A DNA stretch of 64,000 nucleotides from assembly GCA_964021995.1 (NCBI GenBank), contig CAXHZJ010000013.1, forward strand, positions 52,182 to 116,181. Reading direction: 5' to 3'. A program made the position numbers and the translations under genes. The stretch comes from Nocardioides furvisabuli (GTDB lineage Bacteria > Actinomycetota > Actinomycetes > Propionibacteriales > Nocardioidaceae). Position 1 is the stretch's first letter, and every line of letters starts with the position of its first letter. Below, piece by piece: positions 10,977 through 21,405 of the stretch. A model generated the notes under the pieces. That model saw nothing but the letters and a program-made list of their open reading frames with translations, was not told where the DNA came from and made no database searches.

Positions 10977-11444
10977 TCACCCTGCCGGACGGTCCCAGCC
11001 GAAGGTCAGGTAGCCCACACCGGACGACAGGTGGGCCAGCGCGTGCGCCTCGTGCGGCACCATCGGCGAGGGGAGGGCGTCGAGGGCGAACCACCCGATC
11101 CCGGCGCACTTCTCCGGCTCCACGACCCGCGGCTCGCCCACCCACGAGCGCGCGGTGAAGAACCAGTCGACCCGCTCCTCGATCGCCGCGGCGTGCTGGG
11201 TGCGTTGCATCGTGAAGGCGAACTCCAGCGCGAGGTCGGTGACGCCGAGCTCCTCCAGCGCCTCGCGCCTCGCGGCGTCGTACGCCGTCTCGCCCCGCTC
11301 CACGTGCCCGGCCGCGGCGGCCGCCCAGTGGCCGGGCATGTAGGGCACCGGGCCGCGCTGCTGGAGCAGCACCTCGGTGCCGCCGACGCCGTCACGCAGG
11401 AGGTAGACGTAGGAGGCGGGAACGAGGGCGAAGCGGTCGGTCAC
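10977..11444 (-). CDS. NUDIX hydrolase
   Basis: Nudix box GHVERGETAYDAARREALEELG. Confidence 0.88.
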   Translation of the reverse strand: MTDRFALVPASYVYLLRDGVGGTEVLLQQRGPVPYMPGHWAAAAAGHVERGETAYDAARREALEELGVTDLALEFAFTMQRTQHAAAIEERVDWFFTARSWVGEPRVVEPEKCAGIGWFALDALPSPMVPHEAHALAHLSSGVGYLTFGWDRPAG

Positions 11445-11464
11445 CCCGCCAACCTAGGCGTCGC

Positions 11465-11683
11465 TCAGCGGGTGGTGCCCGGCGGGATGTCGTCGTTCTT
11501 GCCGTCGAGCTGGTCGAGCGCGTCGCGCGCCTTGCCGGTGGCCTTGTCGATCTTGTCGGCGTGCTTGCCGCCGGTCTTCTCGTTGGCGACCGCGGCGGCC
11601 TTGTCGATGCCCTGGGCGATCTTGTCGCCGTGGTCGTCGACGGCCTGCGTGAGCTTCGCCTTCGCCTTGTCCAGGAAACTCAT
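11465..11683 (-). CDS. Small Rv0909/MT0933-like antitoxin family protein
   Basis: MSFLDKAK...DKIAQGIDKAA..ANEKTGGKHADKIDKA pattern of this family; start reset inside a longer track ORF. Confidence 0.7.
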   Translation of the reverse strand: MSFLDKAKAKLTQAVDDHGDKIAQGIDKAAAVANEKTGGKHADKIDKATGKARDALDQLDGKNDDIPPGTTR

Positions 11684-11764
11684 GAGCGTCCCTCGCTTCC
11701 TTCTCCCGCCCACCCCGGCGGGTGGGTCCTGCTGCGAGCGTAGCCGTGCTGGGACAATGGGCCC

Positions 11765-12676
11765 ATGCCCCAGCCGATCGTCGCCCTCGTCGGCGCGACG
11801 GCGTCCGGCAAGACCGGGCTGAGCCTCGACCTCGCCGAGCGCCTCGGCGGCGAGGTGGTCAACACCGACGCCATGCAGGTCTACCGCGGCATGGACGTCG
11901 GCACCGCGAAGCTGCCGGAGGCCGAGCGCCGCGGCATCGCCCACCACCTGCTCGACGTCCTCGACGTCACCGAGTCCGCGACCGTCGCGCTCTTCCAGGA
12001 GTGGGCGCGCGACGCCGTCGCCGACATCCGCGGTCGCGGTGCCACCCCCGTGCTGGTCGGCGGCTCCGCCCTCTACACCCGCGCGATCATCGACCGCTTC
12101 GAGTTCCCCGGCACCGACGAGTCGCTGCGCCGCGAGCTCGAGGTGGAGCTCGAACGCGTCGGCGGCCCCGCGCTGCACGCCCGGCTGGCGGGTGTGGACC
12201 CCGAGGCCGCAGAGCGGATCGAGCCCGACAACGGCCGCCGCGTCGTCCGCGCCCTGGAGGTCATCGCGTTGACGGGTCGCCCCTACAGCGCCAGCCTCCC
12301 GCGCCTGGAGTACGCCGACCCGCTGACCGTGCAGGTCGGCGTGGACATCGACCGGCCGACCCTCGACGAGCGGATCGCGCGTCGGGTGGAGGAGATGTTC
12401 GCGGCCGGCTTCGTCGAGGAGGTCGAGGCGCTGCTGGCGCGCGGCCTCGCCGAGGGGCGTACGGCGCCGCGGGCGATCGGCTACCGCGAGGTGATGGGCT
12501 ACCTCGCCGGCGACCGGACGCTCGCCGAGGCGGTCGAGCAGACCACCACCGCCACGCGCCGCTTCGCCCGTCGCCAGGACTCGTGGTTCCGCAAGGACCC
12601 GCGCATCGTGTGGGTCGCGCACGACGACCCCGGCCGGGTGGAGAAGGCGGTCGCGGCGATCGAGCGGCTCAGCTGA
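11765..12676 (+). CDS. miaA: tRNA dimethylallyltransferase
   Basis: GATASGKT, DAMQVYRGMDVGTAK, VGGSALY and RRFARRQDSWF. Confidence 0.97.
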   Translation: MPQPIVALVGATASGKTGLSLDLAERLGGEVVNTDAMQVYRGMDVGTAKLPEAERRGIAHHLLDVLDVTESATVALFQEWARDAVADIRGRGATPVLVGGSALYTRAIIDRFEFPGTDESLRRELEVELERVGGPALHARLAGVDPEAAERIEPDNGRRVVRALEVIALTGRPYSASLPRLEYADPLTVQVGVDIDRPTLDERIARRVEEMFAAGFVEEVEALLARGLAEGRTAPRAIGYREVMGYLAGDRTLAEAVEQTTTATRRFARRQDSWFRKDPRIVWVAHDDPGRVEKAVAAIERLS

Positions 12677-13274
12677 CGCGCACCGGCTCGCGGCGTACGC
12701 CGGCGGGGCGCGCGGCGTCGGACGCGCCGAGGTCGGCGGCCTCCCGGATCCACGCGGCGACCTGCTCCTCGCTGCGACCGCGGACGTCGGCGTAGCGGGT
12801 CACCTTCGTCGGCTTGATGCCGCAGAACTCCATCGTGCGCCCGCGCACCTGCTTGACGGTGCTGTCGCCGACGAGCGGGAGGTACCACCGCGGCGAGTCG
12901 GAGGTGACCGCGAGCCGACCGGTGCGACCGACGAGGAGGCCCTCCGGCATGCCGTTGTCCTTGTAGCGGAAGGCCCAGCCTCGCTCGAGGGTCCGGTCGA
13001 AGAAGCCCTTGAGCAGTGCCGGCACCGACCCCCACCACAGCGGGGTGAAGACCGCGACGTGGTCGGCCCAGGCGAGCAGCTCCTGGGCGCGGACCAGGTC
13101 GGGCTCGAGCACCTGCGGGGTGCGGTAGCCGGTGCGGAGGGTGAGGTCGAAGTCGAGGTCGCGCAGCAGGAGCGGGACCGCCGCCTCGCCCGCGCCCTCG
13201 GCGTACGACGCGGCGAGGCGGGCGGTGAGCGATTGCGGGTCGGGGTGGGAGTCGATGACGAGGACGTTGCGCAT
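12669..13274 (-). CDS. NAD(P)H-dependent quinone oxidoreductase (flavodoxin-like fold)
   Basis: HPDPQS, PLWWGSVPALLKGFFDR motifs. Confidence 0.85.
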   Translation of the reverse strand: MRNVLVIDSHPDPQSLTARLAASYAEGAGEAAVPLLLRDLDFDLTLRTGYRTPQVLEPDLVRAQELLAWADHVAVFTPLWWGSVPALLKGFFDRTLERGWAFRYKDNGMPEGLLVGRTGRLAVTSDSPRWYLPLVGDSTVKQVRGRTMEFCGIKPTKVTRYADVRGRSEEQVAAWIREAADLGASDAARPAGVRREPVRVS

Positions 13275-13340
13275 GGCGAGGCTCCATCTGGACAGTGACA
13301 AGAATCTGGACACCGCCCACATTGAAGTAGGATGTTGCTC

Positions 13341-13928
13341 ATGTCAAGATCCGTGTCGAAGAACGCCGGCGGCTACCACCACGGCAATCTCCAGGCGGCG
13401 CTGGAGGACGCGGCGCTCGACCTCCTCGAGACGACCTCCGCGGCGAAGATCAGCCTCCGCGAGGTGGCCCGCCGCGCCGGCGTCAGCCACAACGCGCCCT
13501 ACCACCACTTCGGCGACCGGGCCGCGCTGCTGCGCGCGCTCGGCGTACGCGGCATGGCGGCCCTGCTCGCCGCGCAGGAGCAGGCGGTGGCGGGCGCCGA
13601 CGGCACCGTGGCGAAGGTGCGGGCCCTCGGCCTGGCCTACGTCCACTACGCCGCCACCCACCCGCAGGCGTTCGCGCTGGTCTTCGACCCCGACTACTGC
13701 GCCGCCGGCACGCCCAGCGCCGAGATGGCGCCGCTGATCGGCCGCAACGAGGAGCTGCTCGGCGACCTCGTCGGCGAGCTGGTGCAGGAGCCCGGCTACG
13801 AGGGCCGCGACCCCGTCGCGCTGTCGGCCGCCCTCTGGTCGACCGTGCACGGCATGGCCCAGCTCATCACCCTCGGCCACCTGCCGCCCGAGGCCGCCGA
13901 GCCGGCGCTCGATGCTCTCGTCCGCTGA
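13341..13928 (+). CDS. TetR/AcrR family transcriptional regulator
   Basis: YHHGNL...SLREVARRAGVSHNAPYHHF helix-turn-helix; divergent from the oxidoreductase. Confidence 0.9.
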   Translation: MSRSVSKNAGGYHHGNLQAALEDAALDLLETTSAAKISLREVARRAGVSHNAPYHHFGDRAALLRALGVRGMAALLAAQEQAVAGADGTVAKVRALGLAYVHYAATHPQAFALVFDPDYCAAGTPSAEMAPLIGRNEELLGDLVGELVQEPGYEGRDPVALSAALWSTVHGMAQLITLGHLPPEAAEPALDALVR

Positions 13929-13987
13929 CGGGGAGGGGCGCAAGAACGGTCGGGCGGACGACCGGTGCGCGCTGCGAGAGTGGTGCG

Positions 13988-14503
13988 ATGGCGACGATCT
14001 ACTACACCGGCTGCACCCTCGACGGCTTCATCGCGACCGATGACCACTCCCTCGACTGGTTGACCTCGCGCGACATCGACCCGGACGGGCCGATGGGCTA
14101 CCCCGGCTTCCGCGAGCGGCTCGGCGCCTGCGTCATGGGCGCGACGACCTGGCAGTGGATCCTCGACCACGACGACGACCCGTGGGGGCCGCTGCCGACG
14201 TGGGTGATGACGCACCGCACCTTCCCGGAGGCGCCGCCGAGCGTGCGCTTCGACAGCGACGACGTACGCCGTGTGCACGCCGCGATGACCGAGGCGGCCG
14301 ACGGCAAGGACCTGTGGGTCGTGGGCGGGGGAGACCTCGTCGGCCAGCTCCACGACGCCGGGCTCCTCGACGAGGTGTGGCTGCAGTACGCCCCGGTGAC
14401 CGTCGGCAGCGGCGCCCCCGTCCTGCCGCGCCACGTCGAGCTGCGCCTCGAGGAGGTCGCCCGCAACCGCGACTTCATGTGCGGTCGCTACACGGTCGTG
14501 TGA
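13988..14503 (+). CDS. Dihydrofolate reductase / RibD C-terminal family protein
   Basis: TLDGFIA, MGATT, WVVGGG and LDEV...P..VGSG motifs. Confidence 0.85.
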   Translation: MATIYYTGCTLDGFIATDDHSLDWLTSRDIDPDGPMGYPGFRERLGACVMGATTWQWILDHDDDPWGPLPTWVMTHRTFPEAPPSVRFDSDDVRRVHAAMTEAADGKDLWVVGGGDLVGQLHDAGLLDEVWLQYAPVTVGSGAPVLPRHVELRLEEVARNRDFMCGRYTVV

Positions 14504-14578
14504 GACACCCCCGGGCGGACGTGGACAAGCCCGCGTGCCCGGGGCAGGGTGGATGGAACGACTCTCGGGAGGAACCCC

Positions 14579-16429
14579 ATGCCCCACCTCGCCCGCCGCG
14601 TGAGCGCCACCGTCGCTGCCAGCGGCCTCGCCGCCGCGGCCGTCCTCGTCGGATCGCCGGCACCGGCCGAGCCCGTGACCCAGCCGTCTGCCGTGTCGGA
14701 GCGCCCCACCGTCAAGGACCCGTTCGCGGTCGGCACGGGAGGCGCGATCAGCACGGTCGACCCCGAGGCCAGCGCCGCGGGACTCAAGGTGCTGAAGGCC
14801 GGCGGCAACGCGGTCGACGCCGCTGTGGCCGCGGCCGCCACGCTGGGCGTCACCGAGCCCTACAGTGCCGGCATCGGCGGTGGCGGCTACTTCGTCTACT
14901 ACAACGCCAAGTCCGGCAAGGTCCGCACCCTCGACGGCCGCGAGACCGCGCCGATGCGGATGCCCGACGACGCCTTCATCGACCCCGCGACGGGCAAGCC
15001 CTACAACTTCACCCCCGAGCTGGTCACCAGCGGCGCGAGCGTCGGCACGCCCGGCACGCTCGCCACGTGGGACAAGGCGCTGGCCAACTGGGGCACGCTG
15101 TCGCTGGCCGACGCCCTGGCCCCGGCCACCAAGGTCGCGCGCCGCGGCTTCCGGGTCGACGAGACCTTCCGCCAGCAGACCCTCGACAACGAGGTGCGGT
15201 TCGCGGCGTTCAAGGACACGAAGAAGCTGTTCCTGCCGAAGGGTGACGCGCCCGCGGTCGGGACGGTCTTCCGCAACCCCGACCTCGCCGAGACCTACGA
15301 CCTGATCGCGCAGCGCGGCACCAAGGCGTTCTACCGCGGCAAGCTGGCCCGGCTGATGTCGGACGTGGTCCGCAAGCCGCGCACCACGAAGAACACCGCG
15401 CTGCCCGTGCCGGCCGGCTGGCTGACCGCGCGCGACCTGCGCGACTACCGGGTCCGCTCGCAGAAGGCCGCCCGCACGACCTACCGCGGCCACGACGTCT
15501 ACGGCATGGCTCCGTCGTCCTCCGGCGGCACCACCGTCGGCGAGGCGCTCAACATCCTCGAACGCTACGACCTCTCCGCGATGACGCCCGAGCAGGCGCT
15601 GCACCACTACCTCGAGGCCAGCGCGCTGGCGTTCGCCGACCGCGGGAAGTACGTCGGCGACCCGGCCTTCGTCGACGTGCCGGTGAAGCGGCTGCTCGAC
15701 GACACATACGCCGCCGAGCGCGCCTGCTCCCTCGACCCGGCGAAGGCGGCGACCAAGCCGGTCGCGGCGGGCGACGTGACGTCGTACGACGGGGTGTGCG
15801 GCCCGGCGACGGCGAAGGGCACCACCGACGCCGACACCGAGAACATCTCCACCACCAACCTCACCGTCGCCGACCAGTGGGGCAACGTCGTGGAGTACAC
15901 CCTCACCATCGAGCAGACCGGCGGCTCGGGCATGGTCGTGCCCGGCCACGGCTTCCTGCTCAACAACGAGCTGACCGACTTCTCGACCGTGTACGCCGCC
16001 GGCGACCCGAACCGGATCCAGCCGGGCAAGCGCCCGCGCAGCTCCATGTCGCCGACGATCGTGCTCAAGGACGGCAAGCCGTTCCTGGCGCTCGGCTCGC
16101 CCGGCGGCTCGACGATCATCACCACGGTCCTGCAGGTGCTCGTCAACCGGATCGACCTCGGGATGACGATCGAGGAGGCGATCGCGGCTCCGCGGGCCGC
16201 GCAGCGCAACACCGCCAGCGTGACGGCCGAGCCGGCGTTCATCGCGGCCTACGGACCGGCGCTCACCGCCCTGGGGCACACGCTGGCCCCGGCCGGCGAC
16301 GCCTTCACGAGCGCCGCCGAGATCGGCGCGGCGACGGCGATCGAGCTCGGTCCCCGCAAGCGGATGACCGCGGTGGCCGAGCCCAGCCGTCGCGGCAAGG
16401 GGTCCGCCAAGGTGGTCGACCCCCGCTGA
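14579..16429 (+). CDS. ggt: Gamma-glutamyltransferase (secreted)
   Basis: GGNAVDAAVA, EPYSAGIGGG, catalytic Thr region STTNLTVAD, LNNELTDF, RSSMSPT and GSPGG. Confidence 0.95.
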   Translation: MPHLARRVSATVAASGLAAAAVLVGSPAPAEPVTQPSAVSERPTVKDPFAVGTGGAISTVDPEASAAGLKVLKAGGNAVDAAVAAAATLGVTEPYSAGIGGGGYFVYYNAKSGKVRTLDGRETAPMRMPDDAFIDPATGKPYNFTPELVTSGASVGTPGTLATWDKALANWGTLSLADALAPATKVARRGFRVDETFRQQTLDNEVRFAAFKDTKKLFLPKGDAPAVGTVFRNPDLAETYDLIAQRGTKAFYRGKLARLMSDVVRKPRTTKNTALPVPAGWLTARDLRDYRVRSQKAARTTYRGHDVYGMAPSSSGGTTVGEALNILERYDLSAMTPEQALHHYLEASALAFADRGKYVGDPAFVDVPVKRLLDDTYAAERACSLDPAKAATKPVAAGDVTSYDGVCGPATAKGTTDADTENISTTNLTVADQWGNVVEYTLTIEQTGGSGMVVPGHGFLLNNELTDFSTVYAAGDPNRIQPGKRPRSSMSPTIVLKDGKPFLALGSPGGSTIITTVLQVLVNRIDLGMTIEEAIAAPRAAQRNTASVTAEPAFIAAYGPALTALGHTLAPAGDAFTSAAEIGAATAIELGPRKRMTAVAEPSRRGKGSAKVVDPR

Positions 16430-16457
16430 GCGCGGCGCCGCCTGCGACACTGGAGGC

Positions 16458-17243
16458 GTGAGCTACCCCTTCCTCAAGGGCCACGGCACGGAGAACGACT
16501 TCGTCGTGCTGCCCGACCCCGACGGCACGGTGCACGGCGACCTGTCCGCCGAGCGGGTGCGCGCGCTGTGCGACCGCCGCGCCGGGATCGGCGGCGACGG
16601 GGTGCTCCGGGCCGTACGCCGTGACGACGGGTGGTTCATGGACTACCGCAACGCCGACGGCTCGATCAGCGAGATGTGCGGCAACGGCATCCGCGTCTTC
16701 GCCCGCTACCTCCACGACCACGAGGGCGAGCCGTTCCCGATGCGCATCCAGACCCGCGACGGGGTCAAGACGCTGGACAGCGCCGGCGACGAGCTCACCG
16801 CCGACATGGGCACCCCGCAGGTCTTCGAGGACACGACGGTCTCGGTCGGCGGTCGGTCCTGGCCCGCGCGCCACGTCTCGATGGGCAACCCCCACGCCGT
16901 CGCCTTCGTCGACGACCTGGCCGAGGCGGGTCCGCTCCTCGAGGAGCCCGAGCACGACGACGGTGTCTTCCCCGAGGGGGTCAACGTCGAGTTCGTCGTA
17001 CGCCGCGGCGAGCACCACGTCGCGATGCGGGTCCACGAGCGCGGGTCCGGCGAGACCCGCTCCTGCGGCACCGGTGCCTGCGCCGTGGCCGTGGTGGCCG
17101 CGCTCGCCGACGACGCCCCCCGCGGCACGGCGTACCGCGTCGACGTCCCCGGCGGCACCCTCCACGTCGTGTGGACCGAGGACGACCGGATCCTGATGAC
17201 CGGGCCGGCCGTGCTGGTCGCCGAGGGCGTCACGGACCTCTGA
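16458..17243 (+). CDS. dapF: Diaminopimelate epimerase
   Basis: KGHGTENDF, MCGNG, GNPH, NVEF and ERG.GET.SCGTG. Confidence 0.97.
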   Translation: MSYPFLKGHGTENDFVVLPDPDGTVHGDLSAERVRALCDRRAGIGGDGVLRAVRRDDGWFMDYRNADGSISEMCGNGIRVFARYLHDHEGEPFPMRIQTRDGVKTLDSAGDELTADMGTPQVFEDTTVSVGGRSWPARHVSMGNPHAVAFVDDLAEAGPLLEEPEHDDGVFPEGVNVEFVVRRGEHHVAMRVHERGSGETRSCGTGACAVAVVAALADDAPRGTAYRVDVPGGTLHVVWTEDDRILMTGPAVLVAEGVTDL

Positions 17244-17277
17244 GGCGGCAGCGTCGCCGCGTGCTGGTCGCCGGGGG

Positions 17278-17378
17278 TGGCGGCACACGACAGCGGAACG
17301 GCTGTCAGGTGCCGCCAGGGTGGGCGGAGCGGCTGTCGTGTGCCGCCAAGGTGGGCGGAGCGGCTGTCGTGTGCCGCC
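17278..17378. repeat. Intergenic 31-bp tandem repeat (two copies) with an inverted copy upstream
   Basis: GCCGCCA(G/A)GGTGGGCGGAGCGGCTGTCGTGT at 17311 and 17342; TGGCGGCACACGACAGC at 17278 is the reverse complement of the repeat end. Confidence 0.8.
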
Positions 17379-17422
17379 ACCCCGCGCGACCCCCGCCCGA
17401 AGTCCTGCCTAGGATCCGCACC

Positions 17423-18199
17423 ATGGACATCACCGGATCCTCCGCCATCGTCACCGGCGGCGCCAGCGGCATCGGCGCCGCGGTCGCCCGCGCCCTCGCA
17501 GCGAAGGGCGCGATCGTCGTCGTCGCCGACCTCAACGCCGAGAAGGGCGAGGCCCTGGCCGCCGAGATCGGCGGCGTCTTCGCCGCGGTGGACGTGACGC
17601 GGACCGAGCAGGTCGCCGCCGCCGTCGAGGCCGCGGCGGAGATCGCCCCGCTGCGCGCCTGCGTGAACTCGGCCGGCATCGGCTGGGCCCAGCGCACCAT
17701 CGGCCGCGACGGCATGCTGGAGTCCGCCCACGACCTCGACGCCTTCCGCAAGGTCGTCGAGATCAACCTCATCGGCACCTTCGACATGACCCGCCAGGCC
17801 GCGACCGTCATGAGCCGCAACGAGCCCGACGCCGACGGCCAGCGCGGCGCGGTCGTCAACCTCGCCTCGGTCGCCGCCTTCGACGGCCAGATCGGCCAGG
17901 CGTCCTACTCCGCGTCCAAGGGCGGTGTGGTCGGGATGACCCTGCCGGTCGCGCGCGACCTGTCCGCCGCCGGGATCCGCCTCAACACCGTGGCGCCCGG
18001 CCTGATCGACACCCCGATCTACGACGCCTTCCCGAACCCCGACGAGTTCAAGGCCAACCTCGGCCAGAACGTCCTGTTCCCCAAGCGCCTCGGTCGCGCC
18101 GAGGAGCTCGCCAGCATGGTCGTGGAGTGCCTGACGAACTCCTACATGAACGGCGAGACGATCCGCGTCGACGGCGGCATCCGGATGCCCCCCAAGTGA
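17423..18199 (+). CDS. SDR oxidoreductase (type II 3-hydroxyacyl-CoA dehydrogenase-like)
   Basis: TGGASGIG, YSASKGG, GQIGQA and NGETIRVDGGIRM. Confidence 0.88.
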   Translation: MDITGSSAIVTGGASGIGAAVARALAAKGAIVVVADLNAEKGEALAAEIGGVFAAVDVTRTEQVAAAVEAAAEIAPLRACVNSAGIGWAQRTIGRDGMLESAHDLDAFRKVVEINLIGTFDMTRQAATVMSRNEPDADGQRGAVVNLASVAAFDGQIGQASYSASKGGVVGMTLPVARDLSAAGIRLNTVAPGLIDTPIYDAFPNPDEFKANLGQNVLFPKRLGRAEELASMVVECLTNSYMNGETIRVDGGIRMPPK

Positions 18200-18252
18200 C
18201 ATCGGTCCTCCGTCGGAGGATTGGGCGCCCGACCACGGGGTAGAGGCGCGTG

Positions 18253-19309
18253 CATGGGGATGCTGATGCGCGCAACGACAGTGCTCGCGACCGTGCTGGC
18301 GAGCACGGTCGTGGTGGGGGCGACGACGACGCCCGCGCAGGCCCGGGTGGTGCCGTGCACGCAGGCCTTCGAGGTCGACTACTACGGCGAGCCACTGGCT
18401 CCCGGTCAGCGCGGCGCTGTCTGGCTCGACGTCCCCGGCGGCACGTGGAGCACGGCCAGCACGCGGGTGCTGGACATCGACGTCCGGGTCGTGGTCGAGA
18501 TGGGCTACCAGCCGGACTTCCGGCTCGACCTCTCCCACTTCAGCATGGACACGCGTCTGCTGGACGGTTCGACCCTGCCCAGCTTCGGCCGGGCAGACCT
18601 GATCCTCGACGACGAGGCGCCTATGCGTCCGGCCGGCGCGTCCACCGGGCGATGGAAGCCGGACGGCCTGCTGCAGAGGTTCGACGACTTCCCGGCCTCG
18701 GGAGCGTGGCGCCTGGAGATCTCGAACTCCCTCCAGGGTGGCGAGGTGCTCCCACGGCACTTCGAGGTCATCATCACCGGCGAGAGCTGTGACAGCGATG
18801 GCGACGGCGTCCTCGAGCGCGTCGACAACTGTCCGACTGTCGTGAACCCCGACCAGCTCGACTGGGACGGCGACGGGCAGGGCAACGCCTGCGACGCCAC
18901 GCCCGGCACGGACCCCAACGCCCCCGTCCCGACGCCCGTCCCGACGCCCGCCACGACACCGACTCCCACACCGGTCCCAACCACCAACCCGGTCCCACCG
19001 ACGACCGGCTGCACCGACAGCTGCGCCTACGTGCGCACCGTCGAGCTGCGCCACCGGGCCGAGCGGCACCGGTTCCAGGGCAGGGTCGCGTCGGTGGCCG
19101 ACGGCTGCCGGAGCTCGGTCCCGGTGACCATCTGGCGCAAGCGCTCCGGCGCCGACCGCAAGCTCGTCGTGGTGACCTCCAGGGGCTCGGGCGCCTTCCG
19201 GACCCGTGCCCCGCGGGCGGCCGGCCGCTACTACGCCACCGTGGGCTCGGCCGCCGAGCCGCTGTGCGGCACCGACCGTTCGCGCGTCGTACGCGTCCGG
19301 CGCCGGTGA
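18253..19309 (+). CDS. Secreted protein: degenerate P-domain-like region, TSP3 (DxDxDG) repeats, Pro/Thr linker, basic C-terminal domain
   Basis: Signal-peptide-like N-terminus; [15 protein letters not shown] and [12 protein letters not shown]; PT repeats. Confidence 0.7.
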
Positions 19310-19368
19310 CGCGGCCGATGTCGCCGCGACCGGTTGGCGCTCGCGCGGTCCGCGCCTAGCCTGTGGCG

Positions 19369-20505
19369 ATGCTCCCGACCCGCCTCGCCCTCTCGGGCCT
19401 CGCCCTCTCGGGCCTCGTCGCCGGCTTCCTCTCCGTCGTGGTGACCCCGGTCGCCACCACCCCGGGAGCGGCGGCCGCCGAGGCGGTGCCGTGCGTGCGG
19501 ACCCTCGACGGGACCGGTGGCGCGATCGCGCCCGGACCGGCCGAGAAGGGGGAGTCCACGACCACGGCGTTCGAGATCGAGGCTCCCGCCGCGCCCGGCC
19601 TGGTCGAGGACGTCGACGTGACGTACTCGATCTCGCACGACAACGCCTTCCAGCTGAGGGTCCGGCTCGCCCACGCGGGACGTGACCCGCTCGTGCAGCG
19701 CCGGCTCGCCGACAGCGGGGCCCAGGTGCGCCCGCTGACCTGGGACGACGAGGCGGAGGTGGCCTACACCGCCACGTCGCCGGCCGGCACCTACGTCCCC
19801 GACCAGCCGCTGTCGGTCCACGACGGGTCCGCGTCCGGCGGGGGCTGGCAGCTCCTGGTCGACAACTACAGGAGCTCCACCGACCGGCTCATCTCGTGGT
19901 CCGTGCGGATCAGCTACACCTCCTGCGACGGCGACGCCGACGGCGTCGAGGACCACGTCGACAACTGCACCAGTGCGGCCAACCCCGACCAGGCCGACGC
20001 CGACCGCGACGGCACGGGTGACGCCTGCGACGGCGACCCCGACGGGGACGGCGTGGTCGGGCTCGAGGACAACTGCCCGGCGGTCTTCAACCCCGGCCAG
20101 CAGCAGACCGACGCCGACTCCCTCGGCGACGCGTGCGACCTCGACGACGACGACGACGGCCGCGCCGACGCCTCCGACGGCTGCCCGCTCGTCTCGGCCG
20201 GTACGTCGACCGGGTGCCCGACCGCGTCCACGAAGGCTCGCCTCGGCCGGTCCCGCAAGCGCCTCGTCGGTCGGGTCTTCTCCGACGTCCGCGACTGCCG
20301 CGCCAAGGTCGAGGTCACCGTGAAGAGGAAGAAGCCCGGTCGCGACCAGAAGCTCGTCGTGCTGACCACCCGCCAGGACGGCCGCTTCCGCACCCGCGTG
20401 CCGCGGCGTGGCGCCACCTACTACGCGGTCGTCCGCAAGCAGTACGCCGCTGGCGCCGCCGAGTGCGGCTCCAGCAGGTCCCGGAAGGTCCGCGTCCGCC
20501 GCTGA
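19369..20505 (+). CDS. Secreted protein: proprotein-convertase P-domain-like region, TSP3 repeats, basic C-terminal domain
   Basis: [19 protein letters not shown] and G.W.L.V.D...L.SW; several DxDxDG/DNC repeats. Confidence 0.75.
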   Translation: MLPTRLALSGLALSGLVAGFLSVVVTPVATTPGAAAAEAVPCVRTLDGTGGAIAPGPAEKGESTTTAFEIEAPAAPGLVEDVDVTYSISHDNAFQLRVRLAHAGRDPLVQRRLADSGAQVRPLTWDDEAEVAYTATSPAGTYVPDQPLSVHDGSASGGGWQLLVDNYRSSTDRLISWSVRISYTSCDGDADGVEDHVDNCTSAANPDQADADRDGTGDACDGDPDGDGVVGLEDNCPAVFNPGQQQTDADSLGDACDLDDDDDGRADASDGCPLVSAGTSTGCPTASTKARLGRSRKRLVGRVFSDVRDCRAKVEVTVKRKKPGRDQKLVVLTTRQDGRFRTRVPRRGATYYAVVRKQYAAGAAECGSSRSRKVRVRR

Positions 20506-20570
20506 TCCGCTGCCGCTGTCCTTTGCCGTGGGGCAGGTTTCGCCCCGCGTTCGCGGGGAACAGCCCCGTC

Positions 20571-21332
20571 ATGGGACAGCGCATCGGGAGCAAGGTCGTC
20601 GTCGGGGTGGCACTGGCCGTGGTGGCCGCGCTCGCCACCACCCAGCCAGGGGCGGGGTCCCCGCCGACGCCGGAAGCAGCGGGCAACCCCTGCCCGGTGA
20701 TCCCGGTCTCCGGCGGCAGCGCGTCGATGCTGCCGCAGGACAACTGCGACTCGGACGGCGACGGCGTTCCCAACAGCTGGGACAACTGCATCTACGAATG
20801 GAACCCCAGCCAGGAGGACAGCGACGGCGACGGTCACGGAGACGCGTGCGACTGGGACGACCCGCCGACCACCCCGCCGACCACCCCGCCGACGACGACG
20901 CAGCCTCCGAGCAGCCCTCCGCCGACGACCCAGCCGCCCAGCAGCCCGCCGCCGACCGCGCCGAGCCCGACGGTGACCGCCACGTCGACGCCTCCCGGCA
21001 CCGCGACCCCGAACCCGGTCCCGACGGCGGCCCCCGGCTGCCAGGCCAGCTGCGCCTACTCCCGCCAGGTCGGCCTGCGCGTGAAGGGCAAGCGGCTCAA
21101 GGGGACGGTCATATCGTCGGCCGACGGGTGTCGCAGCGGTGCCACCGTCACCCTGTGGCGTACGGCGCGCAAGGCCGACCGCAAGCTCGTCGTGCTCACC
21201 ACCCGCCACTCGGGCGCGTTCGCCACCAGGCGACCGGCCCGCGCGGGGTCCTACTACGTCACCGTCACCTCGCCCGAGCAGCCCCTGTGCGCCCCGGCGC
21301 GGTCCCGCGCGATCAGGGTCAAGCGACGCTGA
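20571..21332 (+). CDS. Secreted protein: TSP3 repeats, Pro/Thr linker, basic C-terminal domain
   Basis: DSDGDGVPNSWDNC and DSDGDGHGDACD; C-terminal domain paralogous to the two upstream genes. Confidence 0.7.
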   Translation: MGQRIGSKVVVGVALAVVAALATTQPGAGSPPTPEAAGNPCPVIPVSGGSASMLPQDNCDSDGDGVPNSWDNCIYEWNPSQEDSDGDGHGDACDWDDPPTTPPTTPPTTTQPPSSPPPTTQPPSSPPPTAPSPTVTATSTPPGTATPNPVPTAAPGCQASCAYSRQVGLRVKGKRLKGTVISSADGCRSGATVTLWRTARKADRKLVVLTTRHSGAFATRRPARAGSYYVTVTSPEQPLCAPARSRAIRVKRR

Positions 21333-21405
21333 GCGGGGCCCTGGCGCTCACGCCCCGGCAAAGTGGTTCGCGCACCGGGGCGCGCCGACCTAGGCTGGAG
21401 GGCAT

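Noticed and set aside
17311-17378. Possible CRISPR array (31-bp repeats)
   Set aside because: Only two directly adjacent units with no spacers, and no cas genes nearby.
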